Part shown: piece after piece, positions 44,581 to 58,913 of the stretch
Numbering within the stretch: position 1 is the first letter of the stretch
How the letters are laid out: every line of letters starts with the position of its first letter
Source of the DNA: the human T2T-CHM13v2.0 reference genome, Homo sapiens
Length of the DNA stretch: 64,000 nucleotides
Reading direction: 5' to 3' (one strand)
Assembly (NCBI RefSeq): GCF_009914755.1
Contig: NC_060933.1
Notes under the pieces: generated by a model
What the model was told of the DNA's origin: nothing
Seen by the model: the letters and a program-made list of their open reading frames with translations, nothing else
Database searches by the model: none
Program-made: the position numbers and the translations under genes

Positions 44581-46677
44581 TATAGGGAAGCATGAAGAAT
44601 CAAAACCATTGATCCAATCAATCTTCCACATCAAACGAGTAGCCAAGGCTGAATTAGAACCAGATAGAATGCTGAATGTCTGCCTGAGGACAGAGTTGTT
44701 GTGATGTGATTCAGGTTTCTTGTTAATATATTCTACCTCTTTTTTCTGATTTGTTTCTACCTGTATGGTTGTCCTTTTTAGATCTCTAGGCACACTGGGC
44801 CCTTAGGGTGTTTCCTAATGCAACTTCTTTGCATTTTTGCCATTAACTCACATTTCTTCCCATGCCTTGATGTCAGTAAGATAGTCAAACTAGTCTGTAC
44901 TAAGGTTTAATGACTTACAGGGAGAAGAATGCATAAAATATTCCTACCAGCTTGTTATTGGTAGCTAAAAGTTAGAACTGGTAACTACCATATGAGAAAT
45001 AAATATTGGATGGCATGATAGCAGATGTGTGTGTGTGTGTATATATATATATAACTGTGTATATTTATATGATGCATATATCAAGTATATGTGTGTGTGT
45101 ATATTTATAAGGTGAATGTATGTTTTTATGTGTATATATATCTCAGATATAAAATAGAGTATTCCACAAGAGAAAACTATGTGATTTTTGCCAACTCTGG
45201 CTGTCTGTATAAACTACGGTGGCCTATGAGACCAGCATGACAACTGGAAAATTGACAGGTAGAATTTGGCTAACTCATCTGAAGTATTTAGAAGAAAGAA
45301 AACTTTGTGACACTGAGTATTGAGACTCTGGTAAGAGCACGTTAGGAACCAAAGTAGAAATGGCAAGGGAGCCTCACTGTAACACCCTCTTGTGGGTGCT
45401 TTGATTTCTTCATCTGTTTATGTGGAGCTGTGCAGACTACTTAAAAGCAGTCAATAATTTACAGGGCTTAAAACATCATCATGGAGTTTGAAGTAATGAA
45501 AAGAGTACTATAGAATTTAATTGAATGAAGCCACATCATCTAAATTGTGGCTAATCTTGTTATCTATTTGGCTTTATTTTAGAACAACGTGCAATGTGCA
45601 ATATGTATTCTTTCCCCTTAAGAATGGTCTGTCTACATCCTCTCAAGTATTATATTCAGGAAACTGATTTCTGGGTTAATGTCCCTCAAAAAAGTTAGGG
45701 TTTATAGTATATTCTGTCACACGTGGAATTATGGCAGACCTGTAGAATTTCAAAGCTGGAAAGAGTCCAGCCCCTCATTTGGATGGACTAATTTACCTGC
45801 CCCAAATGACCCAGTCAGATTGTAAAAGAACTGTGAGGAGAAGCTAGAGTCCACTGATCTTCAGTCTAGTATTCTTTTAATCACACTATGTGCTTAGCAT
45901 AATCTCCATGCAATACTACTAAGGCTTACTAAATCACATTTTTCCTCACTTTTTATAATACTAAATTCTAGAAGACTTAACTTGATCATAAATGTTACAC
46001 AGGAGACAAATGGCTTAGTTTCAGAAGCCTTGGTCGGCAAAAAGGCTTTGACTTACAGACAATTCATTGGGTGGTTATTTTATTATTAGACTAATGCTTT
46101 ATTTATTTATTTTTGTTTGAAAAACATTTGTAGAAAATTAAGATATTAAAGCCTTGAAAAATGGCTATTGAATGTGTCCAATTACTGTATTTCATAAGAT
46201 TTTTAAAATGTAGAAATTTAGTAGACACATTTTGTATTGTGAATATGTATTTAGCTGATGGACTATAGCAGTTCAAATAGAATCATTTATAGCTTATTGA
46301 GTAAATAAAAGTGCTTCCATAAAGATTCACATGACGCCTAGCTTTTATTTAAGGTAACTAATTTCCTTTTGAAAAACTGCCTAAATTTAGATTTACATAA
46401 GAGACAGAACACCTCAGCAGTTTTAAAAGTAGTTTATATGACCATGGACTTTACAGATTTAAAATATAAGATCGGGTGGTGAACACTAACTTTTAATGTT
46501 CTCTGACAAAAAGTTATTTAACTGTCCTTTACTCTCTGTGTTACATTAAAATAGTACAAAAGTGTTACGTATTTCTGGATATTATTCTGGATATTTATAA
46601 CAAGAAAAACCGGTCATATTTACTTGTATTTTAACATCACATTCTCAAATCAAAGTTTCACCAGAATTGTTGCTGGC

Positions 46678-46976
46678 TTTTTTTTTTTTTTTTTTTGAGA
46701 CAGAGTCTTGCTCTGTTGCCCAGGCTGGAGTGCAGTGTGCAGTGGTGTGATCTTGGCTTACTGCAACCTCTGCCTCTGGATTCAAGCGATTCCCCTGCCT
46801 CAGCCTCCTGAGTAGCTGGGATTACAGGCGCCCGCCCAACTGATTTTTATATTTTTAGCAGAGACGAGGTTCCACCATGTTGGCCAGGCTGGTCTCCAAT
46901 TCCTGACCTCAGGTGATCCACCCACCTCGGCCTCCCAAAGTGCTGGGATTACAAGTGTGAGCCACCATCCCCAGCC
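46678..46976 (-). mobile_element. AluS (Sx-like) with internal 7-bp duplication and short deletion
   Basis: T19 tail; gtgcagt duplicated at 46730-46743; ttggccaggctggtctc...cctgacctcaggtgatcc. Confidence 0.92.
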
Positions 46977-48949
46977 GGTGGCTTCTTTTTAAGCTTTTAA
47001 GTGACTTAAAATCAGACTTTACCTCATTTCATGAAAAAAGTTTTTTTCTAGCAGTACAGCAGATGATCCCAGTAGCAAAAGCAGTCATTTGTTTTCCTTT
47101 ATACAAAAGTAACTCTGTTTACTTTCTAGAGACTGTACTTTTGGGGGGTACAAGACTTTAAGGAAATCTCTCTGTCTCTCTTTTTCATCTCTGGAGATTC
47201 TTTAGATTATTTTCCATGTTTAGGACATAACGTCAGAAAATAGTGTGCAAAAAGTGAAACTAATTTGAAATACTAGGGAAATAACACCCCATTTCAAGGT
47301 TATTTAGTCAAAAATATTATATTGGATGAAAGGGTGCTTTCAGACGACATAGTGGAAAGTAGACATATTAGAAAAAGTAGGATGAGAAAAGGCAAAAGAG
47401 GGACCTCTTTGTAGGTTACCAAGATCTGTAGAATATTAAAGAGAAATGAGCAGTTAGTAGAGACTTTCCCTAAAGGACTGCCTTCCTAACTTTGTAATGT
47501 GTTAGGTTGATGGATTTGCAAGAACAAAAAGGGAAACTTTAAGTACAACATATAAGTTTGAGTAAATTATGCATATCACTAATATTGACAAAACAGGAAT
47601 GGTTGGTCAATTTGGCATAGTTACCTTTCTCTAAAACATCCAGAAGAAAATACCCCCAGAGGATATCTGACCTTCCTTGGACTGATTCTGCACACCCCTC
47701 TATTTTCCATACATAGTTTTCTTAGACCAGAACTTGAAGTATAAAGATGTATCAAAACAAACTTTTGAAGCCTTTTCTGACAATAAAATATTCTACTATA
47801 ATAAAGAATACTGTGGCTATAACTATGTTTATTAAGAAGAAAATCAGGCCCCACCATTTCCTGCTCTTCCAGCATTCCCCTAACCCCCAGGCCTGGCAGA
47901 ATGAGAAGTTAGTAGATGGCACTGTAATGTTTATAGCTGCAAAGTCAATCCAGTAATGACACTGCTAAAAAATGATTCTAGCAGCAGTAAAAATGCAGAT
48001 GTGTACACCTCTAGCCTCTGATGTAATGAGATGCCTCTGTTCAGGTTCTGAGCTGAGATGATCAGGCCCAGCATTAAGGTTCTGCAAGCAAAACCTCATT
48101 AATACTACTAATCAGGGTCAACACACGATTTTGGAAGTTGTTTTCCTTCCACTGGGAAACCTTATCCTTCATAGAGCTATTTCAAGTGACCATTTTAGGT
48201 GTTTTCTAACTTCCAGTATAAAAAGAGATGATTTCCGTCAGCTATTGGCCTGCAGTAGAGTATCAGGAAATCAAAAGAACAAAGATCAAAGAAAATTGCT
48301 GAACTAGGTGTTAGATGCAGATATTGATTTTTTCTCCAGTTGTAGTTTTAAAAAAATCCACAAAAATGGTAACACATACAACAGTTGAATTTCTAATATG
48401 TTCCTAAAGCCAGTGATAAGCTTCCCTCTTGTTTTTACATGTAGCAACAATTTTGTATAACATGACATAATAAAGCACACCTTATAGTTTACATTATTTT
48501 GTTATCAAAACTGTAAGAGGATCTACTAAAAAGTTTTTTTTTTTTTAAAACCCTGCAATATAGAGTATGATTTTTAGTGGAGATACTTATAACCAGACTT
48601 GTTATTTCAGCAACATTTATTTTGTGGGAATCTGGAAAATTATGTCATACAATTGATCACTATTTTCCTGCCATCTTTAAATGTCATAATACTTACCTGC
48701 TTTACTGCTAAGACTTCTTCATGTTAAATATTAACTACTAGATACTGACGTCACTTAAGGCTTAAAGGAGCAGCTTTATCGAAATATTAATTCTACTGTC
48801 CAGTATTTCATGACTTTGTGGCATTTTTAATTTCCAACAATTTCTGGATACCATCAGTGTTCTCAAATATATGACAAATTATTTTCATTCCCTTATTTTG
48901 ACATGTGATTTCTAAATACTTATAATAGTCTTTATCAAAACAGGGTGGT

Positions 48950-49159
48950 ATCATGGACATAAAGATGGAAACAATAGAGACTGAGCACCAGGGACTATGA
49001 GAGTGGGAGAGGGTTGAAGAACTACCAGTCGGGGACTGTGCTCACCACCTGGCTGATGGGATCATTTGTACACCGTACCTCAGTGACTTAAATCAAGAAT
49101 TACCCATGTAACAAATCTGCACGTGTACCCCTGAACCTAAAATAATAAAGTTGAAAGAA
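48950..49159 (+). mobile_element. Old L1PA (PA15/16-like) 3' fragment
   Basis: catggacataaagatggaaacaataga...ttacccatgtaacaaatctgcacgtgtacccctgaacctaaaata; 13-bp TSD AAAACAGGGTGGT at 48937-48949 and 49160-49172. Confidence 0.88.
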
Positions 49160-49656
49160 AAAACAGGGTGGTGGCATTATTATTAAAGTAAAGCCAAAGA
49201 GTTCTCATTAGAATTTTGTATCTTAGTATGCCATTTTCTAGAGGTCACTGGGATTGGCTTATTTTACTTTGTGCTACTTTTGTCAAATAAGTAAAATGGA
49301 TAGGTTTAAAAAACATAAATACTCATAGTTTATTTTCTAAGTAATCTAATCTTCCATATTATATGGCACTTATTTTATAGCATAATGAAATAAATGCTAT
49401 TAGCATCGGTTTCTGTAAATTGCCAATGGACTGAAGTCAAGGTAAAAATCCCTGATTGTATTGACTCTCTGATATAATAACTTTATAAAAAGTTTTACAC
49501 AAAGATTTAGTGTTTAGACAAATTCTTGTTGTCTAGAAAAGTTCAGAAAAGAGTAAATAAGGGATTCAGTCACACTTGATAAATAATTTACTATTTATAT
49601 ATTCTCATGTAGATTATTGAAATAGTAGTTTCCATCTCATTTTTATATTATAATGA

Positions 49657-49974
<318 letters not shown>

Positions 49975-50014
49975 CTTCATGAAATTAAAAAATGGAGGAA
50001 GAGTTAACAGTACA

Positions 50015-50020
50015 ATTAAA
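50015..50020 (+). terminator. Proximal poly(A) signal ATTAAA (a second copy at 49984-49989)
   Basis: ATTAAA 40 nt after the stop, with U/GU-rich sequence downstream (ttttcttatcagttgacttttgtt). Confidence 0.6.
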
Positions 50021-52152
50021 ATTGTTTTGAATGGGAATTTTCTTATCAGTTGACTTTTGTTTCAGCAGAAGTGGCAGTGGATTTAAAAAATTTGTGCGCT
50101 ATCTTGATGTATTCTGGTAGCTCTGTCTCCTTGAATAAGGAAATAGCCAACTTTTTTCTCTCCAAGTTTTATTTGTTATCACAGTTGCTCATTTTTATGT
50201 AACATATTTTTAAATGTTAAGGAATGACACATTTTGGGTAATTTCCCTCAGACTTAAAAAAATCAATAAGCCATTTTAGTCTCTATCTATCAAAGTTGTT
50301 TCATACTTGTCTATTTTAAAGCAGGACTGCAATGCTTTAATAGGATTGAGAGAGCTATTTGAAATGTATGCCAATGATTCCTGTCATTTCATGGCAGCCC
50401 GGCCATGGTTCACTGAGCCCCCTCTTCTCTCTTGTCAGCTCAACTGAAGACAAGCATTTAGTTGCAAACTTTAAGCAGGTTGTGCAAAACAGAAATGATG
50501 TGACTGCTTCTCCTCCTGCACAATAATGTCACTCCTGGTCAATGTGAGAAGGTCAGGTTGCTCCTTGTAAAGCTACATGATACCACTTGCCCATTTGAAC
50601 AAGTTAAGTTAACTGCTGAATCTGGTCCCTGAAGGCACTGAAAACTCATTCTTTTAGCAAGTCTGCATTTGATAAGAAAGTAGAGCAATTGTGCTGGAGG
50701 ATTTCTGTGGTATGTTTAGGCACTTCATAAGGACAGTTCCCACACTAGGATAGCAGGTAATATATTTAGTATAAGCTGAAAAACTTCAAGGTAATGGCTG
50801 TTTTGACCTTCAAAATAGACTCCTTTTTTGTTTTTGTTGTTGGTAGGACCCAAGAGTGACACCCATCTTTGATGCTGACAGAATTTAAAACAAGGCCATT
50901 GCCCTGCATTTTCTGCCTTGTAGCACACAAAAGTAAAATTGTATGTCAGGCCGAGATGTCGGGGAGCTGACAAGATGCCCCAGTGACATTTCAGCTAGAA
51001 AGAGCAAGTGTCTTGCAACCAAGTGGTCAAATATCAAATAATAGGTCAAGCAGGAAGGAGCTGAGTTCTAACCACAAAGAGGTTTCTGGTAACTTACTTG
51101 ACAAGCTTTTGGGTGCTTTGTGGCTTGACAAAGTGATGTTCTGTTGGGTATCGCTAGACAGACTGTTCTTTATCGCCTTCAGAAGATCAGACATTGACAT
51201 TGATTAAACTCTTTAACCCTTAAAGGTTAAATCCTTGCAGTTTGCATCATGGTAAGTGAAGAACAAAAGAATATTTGTAGTAAGAATTTGTTTTTGTATT
51301 TATCATTTAACTCCCTAGTGCTATTAACTTCTGATGTGAACTATAGCTTTTGACAAAGAGTCTTGATACATAATCTATTTTTTATATTATTTTTCATTAT
51401 GGAATCTTTCATTATGGATACATTAGAGTATAACAGTATGTATTACAGAAGTTTTTTTGTCTTATCTTTACAGTGACATTTGATTCAAATATACCCAACT
51501 GCTGAGAATTTTTTTATTGGCCTTGGTAAATAAGATTTTATACTAACTATTTATTAGTAGCCAAATTAGCCAAGTGATTTATGCCATCTGAGGGAACACA
51601 GCAGTATTACTGTCGTACTGTGTAACACATCCTATTCTTGTAATACTGAACCACTATAATTAGCTTTATATAAAACTTTAGAAAGCTTATATGGAGTAAA
51701 ATTATATCTTTAACCAAATTTCTCTTAATTCTTTCCTTGGAATTATTTTTAATATGACCTGTGTAACATGACCTGTATGAAATTCAACTTGCAAATTTAT
51801 TATAACATGGAAGTGCTATTTATTGTTTTTATACAGATCATATAATTTCTGCACATTTCAGAACACCTTTCTCTGCTGTTCCAAACAATGATTAGGATAT
51901 TGTTCATACAGAAATTGATAGACAATTTTTTAGTTCATGTGATATCACTGAGCTTACAATTCTCACTAGAGAAGAACAAGGTTACTATATGTAACCTCTA
52001 TGTCTAAGTGTTTGTGTGTGTGTATGCTTGTGTTGAATCTGTTTTCAGATCCTACTGATTTTAGAGGAACAAGCAGCTTTGTAAAATGTGCCTTGGAAAG
52101 GCCTTGGTCTTCTTGCCTTGATTTTATAATCTGTTAATGGGATAACTCCAAA

Positions 52153-52158
52153 AATAAA
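52153..52158 (+). terminator. Distal poly(A) signal AATAAA
   Basis: First canonical AATAAA I find after the stop codon, with TGTA elements nearby. Confidence 0.6.
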
Positions 52159-53078
52159 TGTGTATGTGTCTCCATATATATGGGTATCTAACTTTACAGG
52201 TACATTTTGTACAGTGAATTCTGAACCACAAATTCAAAATTCGTAAATTATGATTAAATCAAATCAAAGCATGTCACATTTATAAGCAACTAGATGCTAA
52301 AGGCCATAGAAACTGAAGGATGAACCTCCTGAGCGATCATTAGTATTCACTACCAAATATAGTAATATTTATACCATATGCTTTTTTCCCAGAAGTCAGA
52401 CCCAGCAGGAGGAGAAGATTTAATGACATATCCTATGGAGATCTGAGAAACTCTAGACTGCTTCTAAGCACCTTAGTGACCAATTGCTGCATATTTGAGA
52501 TCTCTGTTGTGTCGGCAAGGACAGTTGCTGTATCAGCTTCTTTATCTTTTTAAGAATGATGTATAGAGTAGACATATCTCAGGATAATGACTTCAAATAT
52601 TTTTGTAGAGGAAAGGAAGTTTTACTTTACACTTCAGAATGTGGATTTTCCTACTAACTTTCTGTGATCTAGAAACACACCTATATCACCTATCACTATT
52701 AATTCTTAAAGTTATTGTTCTGATACCTGAGTCACACTTACATATTGTGGAGTTGCTGACATTTTTAATACATGTATTTTGGAATGACATAATATAAAAA
52801 CAAAGAGGTTTAGGATTGCAAAAATTGCCAGTTCAGTGATAACTTAATGACATAAATAAATAACCTTTTAAATAGAATGATCACTTTAATTTACCAAATA
52901 TCTGACTCTTATTAAACTTAGCAACTCTATTTCCTATTTCATATTTATGACATATGCTATTATTGAATGTTTAATGAGATTATTAGTATTTTCATATTAC
53001 TTCATTTACCAGTTGTCTGAATTCATTCTGTAGACCATACTGAACAATAGGAAGTTGATCCTATTTCACTGTGCACTT

Positions 53079-53203
53079 ATTCTTTTTTTAAGAGATGGGC
53101 TCTCACAACGTTGCCCAGGCCGGTCTTGAACTCCTGGGCTCAAGTGATCCTCCCACCTCAGCCTCCTGAGTACCAGGGACTACAGATGCGTACCACTGTG
53201 CCC
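53079..53203 (-). mobile_element. FLAM Alu monomer
   Basis: gttgcccaggccggtcttgaactcctgggctcaagtgatcctccc; 13-bp TSD TCACTGTGCACTT at 53066-53078 and 53204-53216. Confidence 0.88.
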
Positions 53204-53254
53204 TCACTGTGCACTTTTTATAGACAAGTTTTCTAATATAAAAGGTGGAAGATA

Positions 53255-53465
53255 ATTAATATTTATCAAGCAACTGTTTTATGCCAGTTATTATAGCAAA
53301 ACTAATGATCTCACAACAAACCTCTAGCATAGGAGTTTCCATCACCATTTTAGACATGAATAACTGAGGATCAAAAATGTTAAGCTTTTGGCTACCAAAG
53401 ATCATACATAACCTAGGAATTAGTAAGCCTAGAGCTGCAATTCCAAAGTCCACATTATTTTGAAA
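53255..53465 (-). mobile_element. MIR fragment
   Basis: atctcacaacaaacct...accattttagacatgaataactgagg. Confidence 0.6.
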
Positions 53466-53907
53466 CACTGCTAGTCCTGCCTTCCAGAAATAATTAACAC
53501 TTTTTAAAGAGAAAAAAAAATTTTTTTTAATTGTCCTGACCAGCTAGGAATAATTTTGATAAGTATGTTTTGGTTTGAAATCTAGATTTCTTATGAATTG
53601 ATTAGACAAAACAAAATACATACATACTAGCACTATTTATGTAAACAGTAACTGTGAAGTTGGTGTCTATCTTTCAAAGGAAACACCACCCTCACTGTGT
53701 TGCCCAGTGTCTCTAGCTTGGCCAAAAGACCACACAGATACTCTCAGAAGCAGAGTCTCTGTTGAGAGGTACTGATGGTGAGTCAGCTTGACCATGCTAT
53801 TACTTCCCAATGGAAAATAATGACATATGCCAAATAAAGCTGATCAATAAAGCATTCACTTGTGTAACTCCTAGGATAAAGATTTAAAAATATATTTTCT
53901 GGACTAG

Positions 53908-54355
53908 TGTAGTAGGCTGAATAATGGCCGTACGAGATGTCCATAATACTAATCACTGAAACCTGTGAATGTTACCGTCTACGGCAAAGGGACTTTGCAG
54001 GGGTGATTAAGTTAAGGATCTTGAGATCAGGAGATTATCCTGGATTAGCTGGGTGTGCTCTAAATGCAATAGGAGGTATCTTTGTAAGAGAGGGAGGTGC
54101 AGGGGTTAGTTTGACTATGGAGAGGAAAAGGTGATACGATGATGGAAGCCGAAGTTGAAGTGATGTGCTGTGAAGATGGAGGCAGAGTCCAGACTTAAGG
54201 CTTTCAGGGCGGTGCTAGAAGCAGAAAGAGGCAAGGAAATGGATTCTCCTCTCAGAGCCTCCAGGATTGTAAGAGAATACATTTGTGCTGCTTTAAGCCA
54301 CAAGTTTGTGGTAATTTGTGGCAATATGTCACAGCCACCGAAGGAAACTAATACA
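53908..54355 (+). mobile_element. MLT1D-like solo LTR
   Basis: TG...CA ends; tgtagtaggctgaataatggcc...ggactttgcag...gagattatcctggatta...ggaaactaataca. Confidence 0.85.
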
Positions 54356-56854
54356 CCAGTAAACGTTTAGTAATTTTTTTAAAAGATTAATATGTTAATC
54401 TTTTAATATTAGCAAACAGAGAAAATGTTCTTTCTTTTAAATTATCCGTAATAATTGCCTTCATAACTTGAATTTTCAAATTCTTTTCGGTTTCCATTTT
54501 ATATTCATGGCTTCTAAATATAATAAACAGTGATTATATTGGGCCAGCATAGAGTCACACTCTATTGCCATAACTTTTGATAATTCTTCAATTAACCTGT
54601 GATTTCAATGTATATTTTAATTCCTACAGTTTTAAAAAGATGCCTTAAATATCTTAAAGATCTACTTTAAATGATTGTTTTTATTTTATTCCATTTTGGT
54701 TGGCATATTTTAATAGCTTTCTTACAAAAGAAATTGAATCTTGAATGAATTTATATTAATCACAGCTTAAAATAATGATAGGGAATTTATGAATTATATA
54801 CTTTAAATTAAATTATATATTTAAATATATTTAAAAGAAAATGCCAGAGCATTTCCTGGTCATTTCTCCCTGCCTTTTGTTATAATTGAAGTGAGATAAT
54901 TTTAATAATTTTATTCAACAAGGAAATCTTCTAAAATTTTTACAATGTACTATGTGAATCCATTTTGTCTTTACTTTGGTGAAAGCATATAATTTTTCCT
55001 GATGGTTTAATTTAGTGAGAGAAAGGAGAGCAATTTTAATTGAAATGACTAAGTGTTAAATGTGATCAAACCTAAAATATTGAAGATTTAAACCTAGAGC
55101 GTTAAATATTGCAAGTACAGCCAAGCAAAGAAAAGAAAAATAAAGCCTCTGGTTCTGTAAGAAACCCCTCCATTCCTCCAGTCCTCCTGGTTAAGTGAGA
55201 CATAAATGTGTAAATTTACATATTAGAAGAGCTCCATCTTTTTTCTTATACCTTAGCAATTTTATTACGAGACACTTTTCTGGCTGTAGAATGTGTTGAT
55301 TGACATATCCAGATATCAGATGTCCTGTTAGTTCATATTATGGATGCGTACATATTTTTTCTGAACCTCCCCCTGCATAATCTTTTTTAGTTATTGTTTT
55401 AAACAAATCAGAATCTAAAGGTCTCCCTAACTGTATCTTGTGGGCAAATTACATTTCCATGGACGTTGCGATGGGAAAATGTGTTCTTACTCTTTGCAGT
55501 AGTGATACCTAATTGATACCACATATTCTTAAGTTTAAAATCTCTGGATATAGTATGGGAAGGAGATAAATCAAAACAGAGTTTTGCTCCTTCCTCTAAA
55601 TCATATTCTGTGTAGGTGTGTTTGATGCTTAGGCATATGTTTTTAAAGCGCTGACCTTAATGTTAGGCAACAGAAGCCCTACAACATATAAAGCTTTGAA
55701 AACTACTGGGTTAATGTTATCTGAAGACAGTTTTTTTGTGGTTTAATTGAGTCATGGTTCATTGTCTTTTATTGCATGTTAATGCCAGTGAAATGCTGAT
55801 TGTTGACAGAGTCCTCCCAGTGAAGCGGCTCCAGAAATGTTGTGCGGCTATAGGAAACTACGTAAAATAGGAAGGCTTATTTAGATCTGAAGAAGACTCA
55901 TCTGACAGGTTAAGAGCTATCAGATATTCATAAACATTCACGATGACAAGAATATAAGGTGACCTGTCTTCAGTAGATCCCTTCTGTGTTTTGGGTGTCT
56001 ATATAAGAGGAAAATCTTAAATGTGATCTAGGACGAATGGAATTGTATTGGATGCCTAGTAAAAAGAACTGTAAAAGAAATAATTACAGGCTATATAATA
56101 GGACATCTCATTTTTGCCTTTTTCTTCAAACAGTAACCAAAATACATTTTCTTTTTCTAAGTTTACTTCTGGTTTAAAAGTAGAAGGCTTAGGCAGTAAA
56201 AGTGCACATGGAAAGCTTTGGAACGTAGACACTCCCTGCAAATCATTTAGGACCTGAGGTTTAAAGACATCAGTTCATTCTGGTGACTTTGATGTACTAC
56301 TGACTATTGAACTCATTGTAAATGCTTCTGTGGTTACAGAAGCACCACTTCGGTTTTCCTTGGGCTGAGGAGTATTAGTCTAAATATGTGCTCTGAAGAC
56401 GATTTAGAGAGATTCCTATGAAGCAGAGTTCTCATTCACAGTCACAATTAAAAGTGCTTTCTAATAACGAATGGTGGCGGTGTTCTTACTGAAGTGTTCA
56501 TGGGTCCAAGAGGGCACAAACTACATCATAATGTGTGTGACTGGTGCACGACAGGTGGGGCTACACAGAAGAGTCCTGGCACATGGAGGTCATCATCAGC
56601 TTCAGCGTCCCGCCTGGGCTTTTTGCTCTCTTTAATCTGTGGGGAGGCAGAATCCCTGTTCTTCCTAAGAGACAATTTTGAGGAAGTCCAACGTTGATTT
56701 TCCTGAATATGAAGTTAATCAGAGTAGAAACCCTGTATCACTGTATGTCTAAATAGCTTTCAAAATTGGCAATCACCCTTTGACTAGATTTATCTGCTTC
56801 ACAACAATTCAGATAAGAATTCGAACACCTAGGTTAGAGCACATACATATATAT

Positions 56855-58160
56855 TTTTTAAAAAGTACAGCTTTATTAAAATATAGTTCACGTAACATAC
56901 AATGTATCCTTTTAAAGTATACAATCCACAGTTTTTCACATATTTCACAAAGATGAACAATTTTCACCATCTAATTCCAGAACATTTGTATTACCCCAAA
57001 GAGGAGCTCTGAACCCATTGGCAATCACTTTCCATTCCCCAATCCTCTATCCCCTGGTGACCATAATCTACTTTCTATCTCTATGGATTTGCCTATTTTT
57101 GTATATATCATGTAAATAGAACAATATGTATTGCTATTTTTATCTGGCTTCCTTCATTGAGACTTAACATTTTCCAGGTTTGTTCATACGGTACCGTGTA
57201 TCTACTTCATTCCTTTTCAAGTGGAATAATATTCCACTATATGAATAGACCACATTTTGTTTATTCATTCACCATTTAATTGACTTTTGATTTATTTCCA
57301 GCTTTTTAATTCAAATAGTTTTGTGGTGTGAATTTCTTAGTATTTTTCTATAGACAAAGTGGTGTCATCTGCAAATAGACACAGTTTTACTTCTTTTCTA
57401 ATCTAAATGCCTTTCGTTTCTTCTTCTTACCAAATTGTCTCAGCTATAATCTTCAGTACATTGTTGAGTAGTAGTAGCAAGAGTGAACATACTTGTCATG
57501 TTCCTGATCTTAGGGAAAAGCATTAAGTCTTATACCATGAAGTGTGACATTAGCAATTGGATTTTCATAGATGCCCTTTATCAGGTTGAAGATGTTCCCT
57601 TCAATTTTTAGTTTTGTTGGCTGTTTTTTATCACAGAAGGGTGTTTCAATTTGTCAAATATTTTTTCTGTATCTATTGAGATGATCATGTGGTTTTTGTC
57701 CTGTATTCTATTAATATGATGTCTTACATTGATTGATTTTCACACGTTAAACCAATCTTGCCTTCCTGGGATAAATCTCACTTGGTCATGGTGTGGTATG
57801 TAATCTTTTTTTTTCATGTTTCTGGATTCAGTTTCCTAGGATTTGTTGGAGATTTTGCATCTCTGAAAATAAGGAGTATTTGTTTGAAGTTTTCTTGTGA
57901 TATCTTTATCTAGTATTAGGCTAATACTGGGCTCATAGAATGATTGGGAAATTATCCCTTCTCTTCTATTTTTTTAAAGAGTTTGGGAAGGGTTAATGTT
58001 AATTTTTTGAACATACTTAGAATTTATTAGTGAATTCATCTTGGCCTGAGCTTTTCTTTGTGGGAATTTTTTTATTATTAAAGAAATCTTTTTAATTGTG
58101 GTAAAATATACATAACATAAAATTTACCATGTTAACAGTTTTTGATTATTTAATCTCTTT
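56855..58160 (-). mobile_element. L1MB-type fragments (3' UTR joined to ORF2 by an internal deletion near 57305)
   Basis: ctaattccagaacattt, ctctatggatttgcctatt, gtcatctgcaaatagacacagtttt, tctgtatctattgagatgatcatgtgg. Confidence 0.8.
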
Positions 58161-58913
58161 ACCTAAACAAGGCTGTAGTATTTGGCAAAACTTAATAAGG
58201 ACTTGAGAATAACTGAAGGGAATTCTATCATAGAGAGTAAAAATATTAAGACTGGAAAGAAAAGAGTTTTAGATGTAATAATACAAAGCATCTAATGTTT
58301 TCTGGAAATTTTCTATTTCAAATTAGGATTTTGACTTTACCTTTGTAGAATCAAAAGGTTCTGAAGTGGTTTACTAAAGTGGTTTTTCAGAAACAGGAAT
58401 AATCTGCCCCCGAATTCAAACAACAACTGGACTTTGGAAATTACATGTTATTTGCAAGACTTTAAAGGTCCTAGAACTAATTCTTAAGTTGGACTCAAGT
58501 CAGATTTCTTAAGGTCCCCCTAGCCCCAGTGATCTCTCCAGCAAATGGTTCAGAAAGGGGGTTCAGCAGATCTCCTCCCTCTCAGCACCCTCAGCATCCA
58601 AGTTCTATTTCTGAGACAATAGCCTGCATGTATGGCCTCTCTGCTCTCCCCAGGCCCATGCTTTATAATTAGGGTTTTCTCTCAGTGGAGACCTGCTTTA
58701 ATTGATTTCTTAAAAGCCATCTTTCATAGCCCCAAACCATCTGTACAGATCTGTTCTTCAACCCTTTCAAGCTATAGAAGAAGGTCCTTGGCATTTGTCT
58801 AAGATTTACCATTCTGTAATACCTGGGCATATATTCTGTTATAATGTCATGGTTGATATTCTTGGGTGTTGCTCATTTGGTTTTTTTTTTTTTAATAACT
58901 ATTTCAAAGCACC

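Larger units (their letters stand above)
49975..52180 (+). other. CCDC171: 3' UTR (short form to ~50040, long form to ~52180)
   Basis: No recognisable interspersed repeat between the stop codon and the first canonical AATAAA. Confidence 0.65.
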
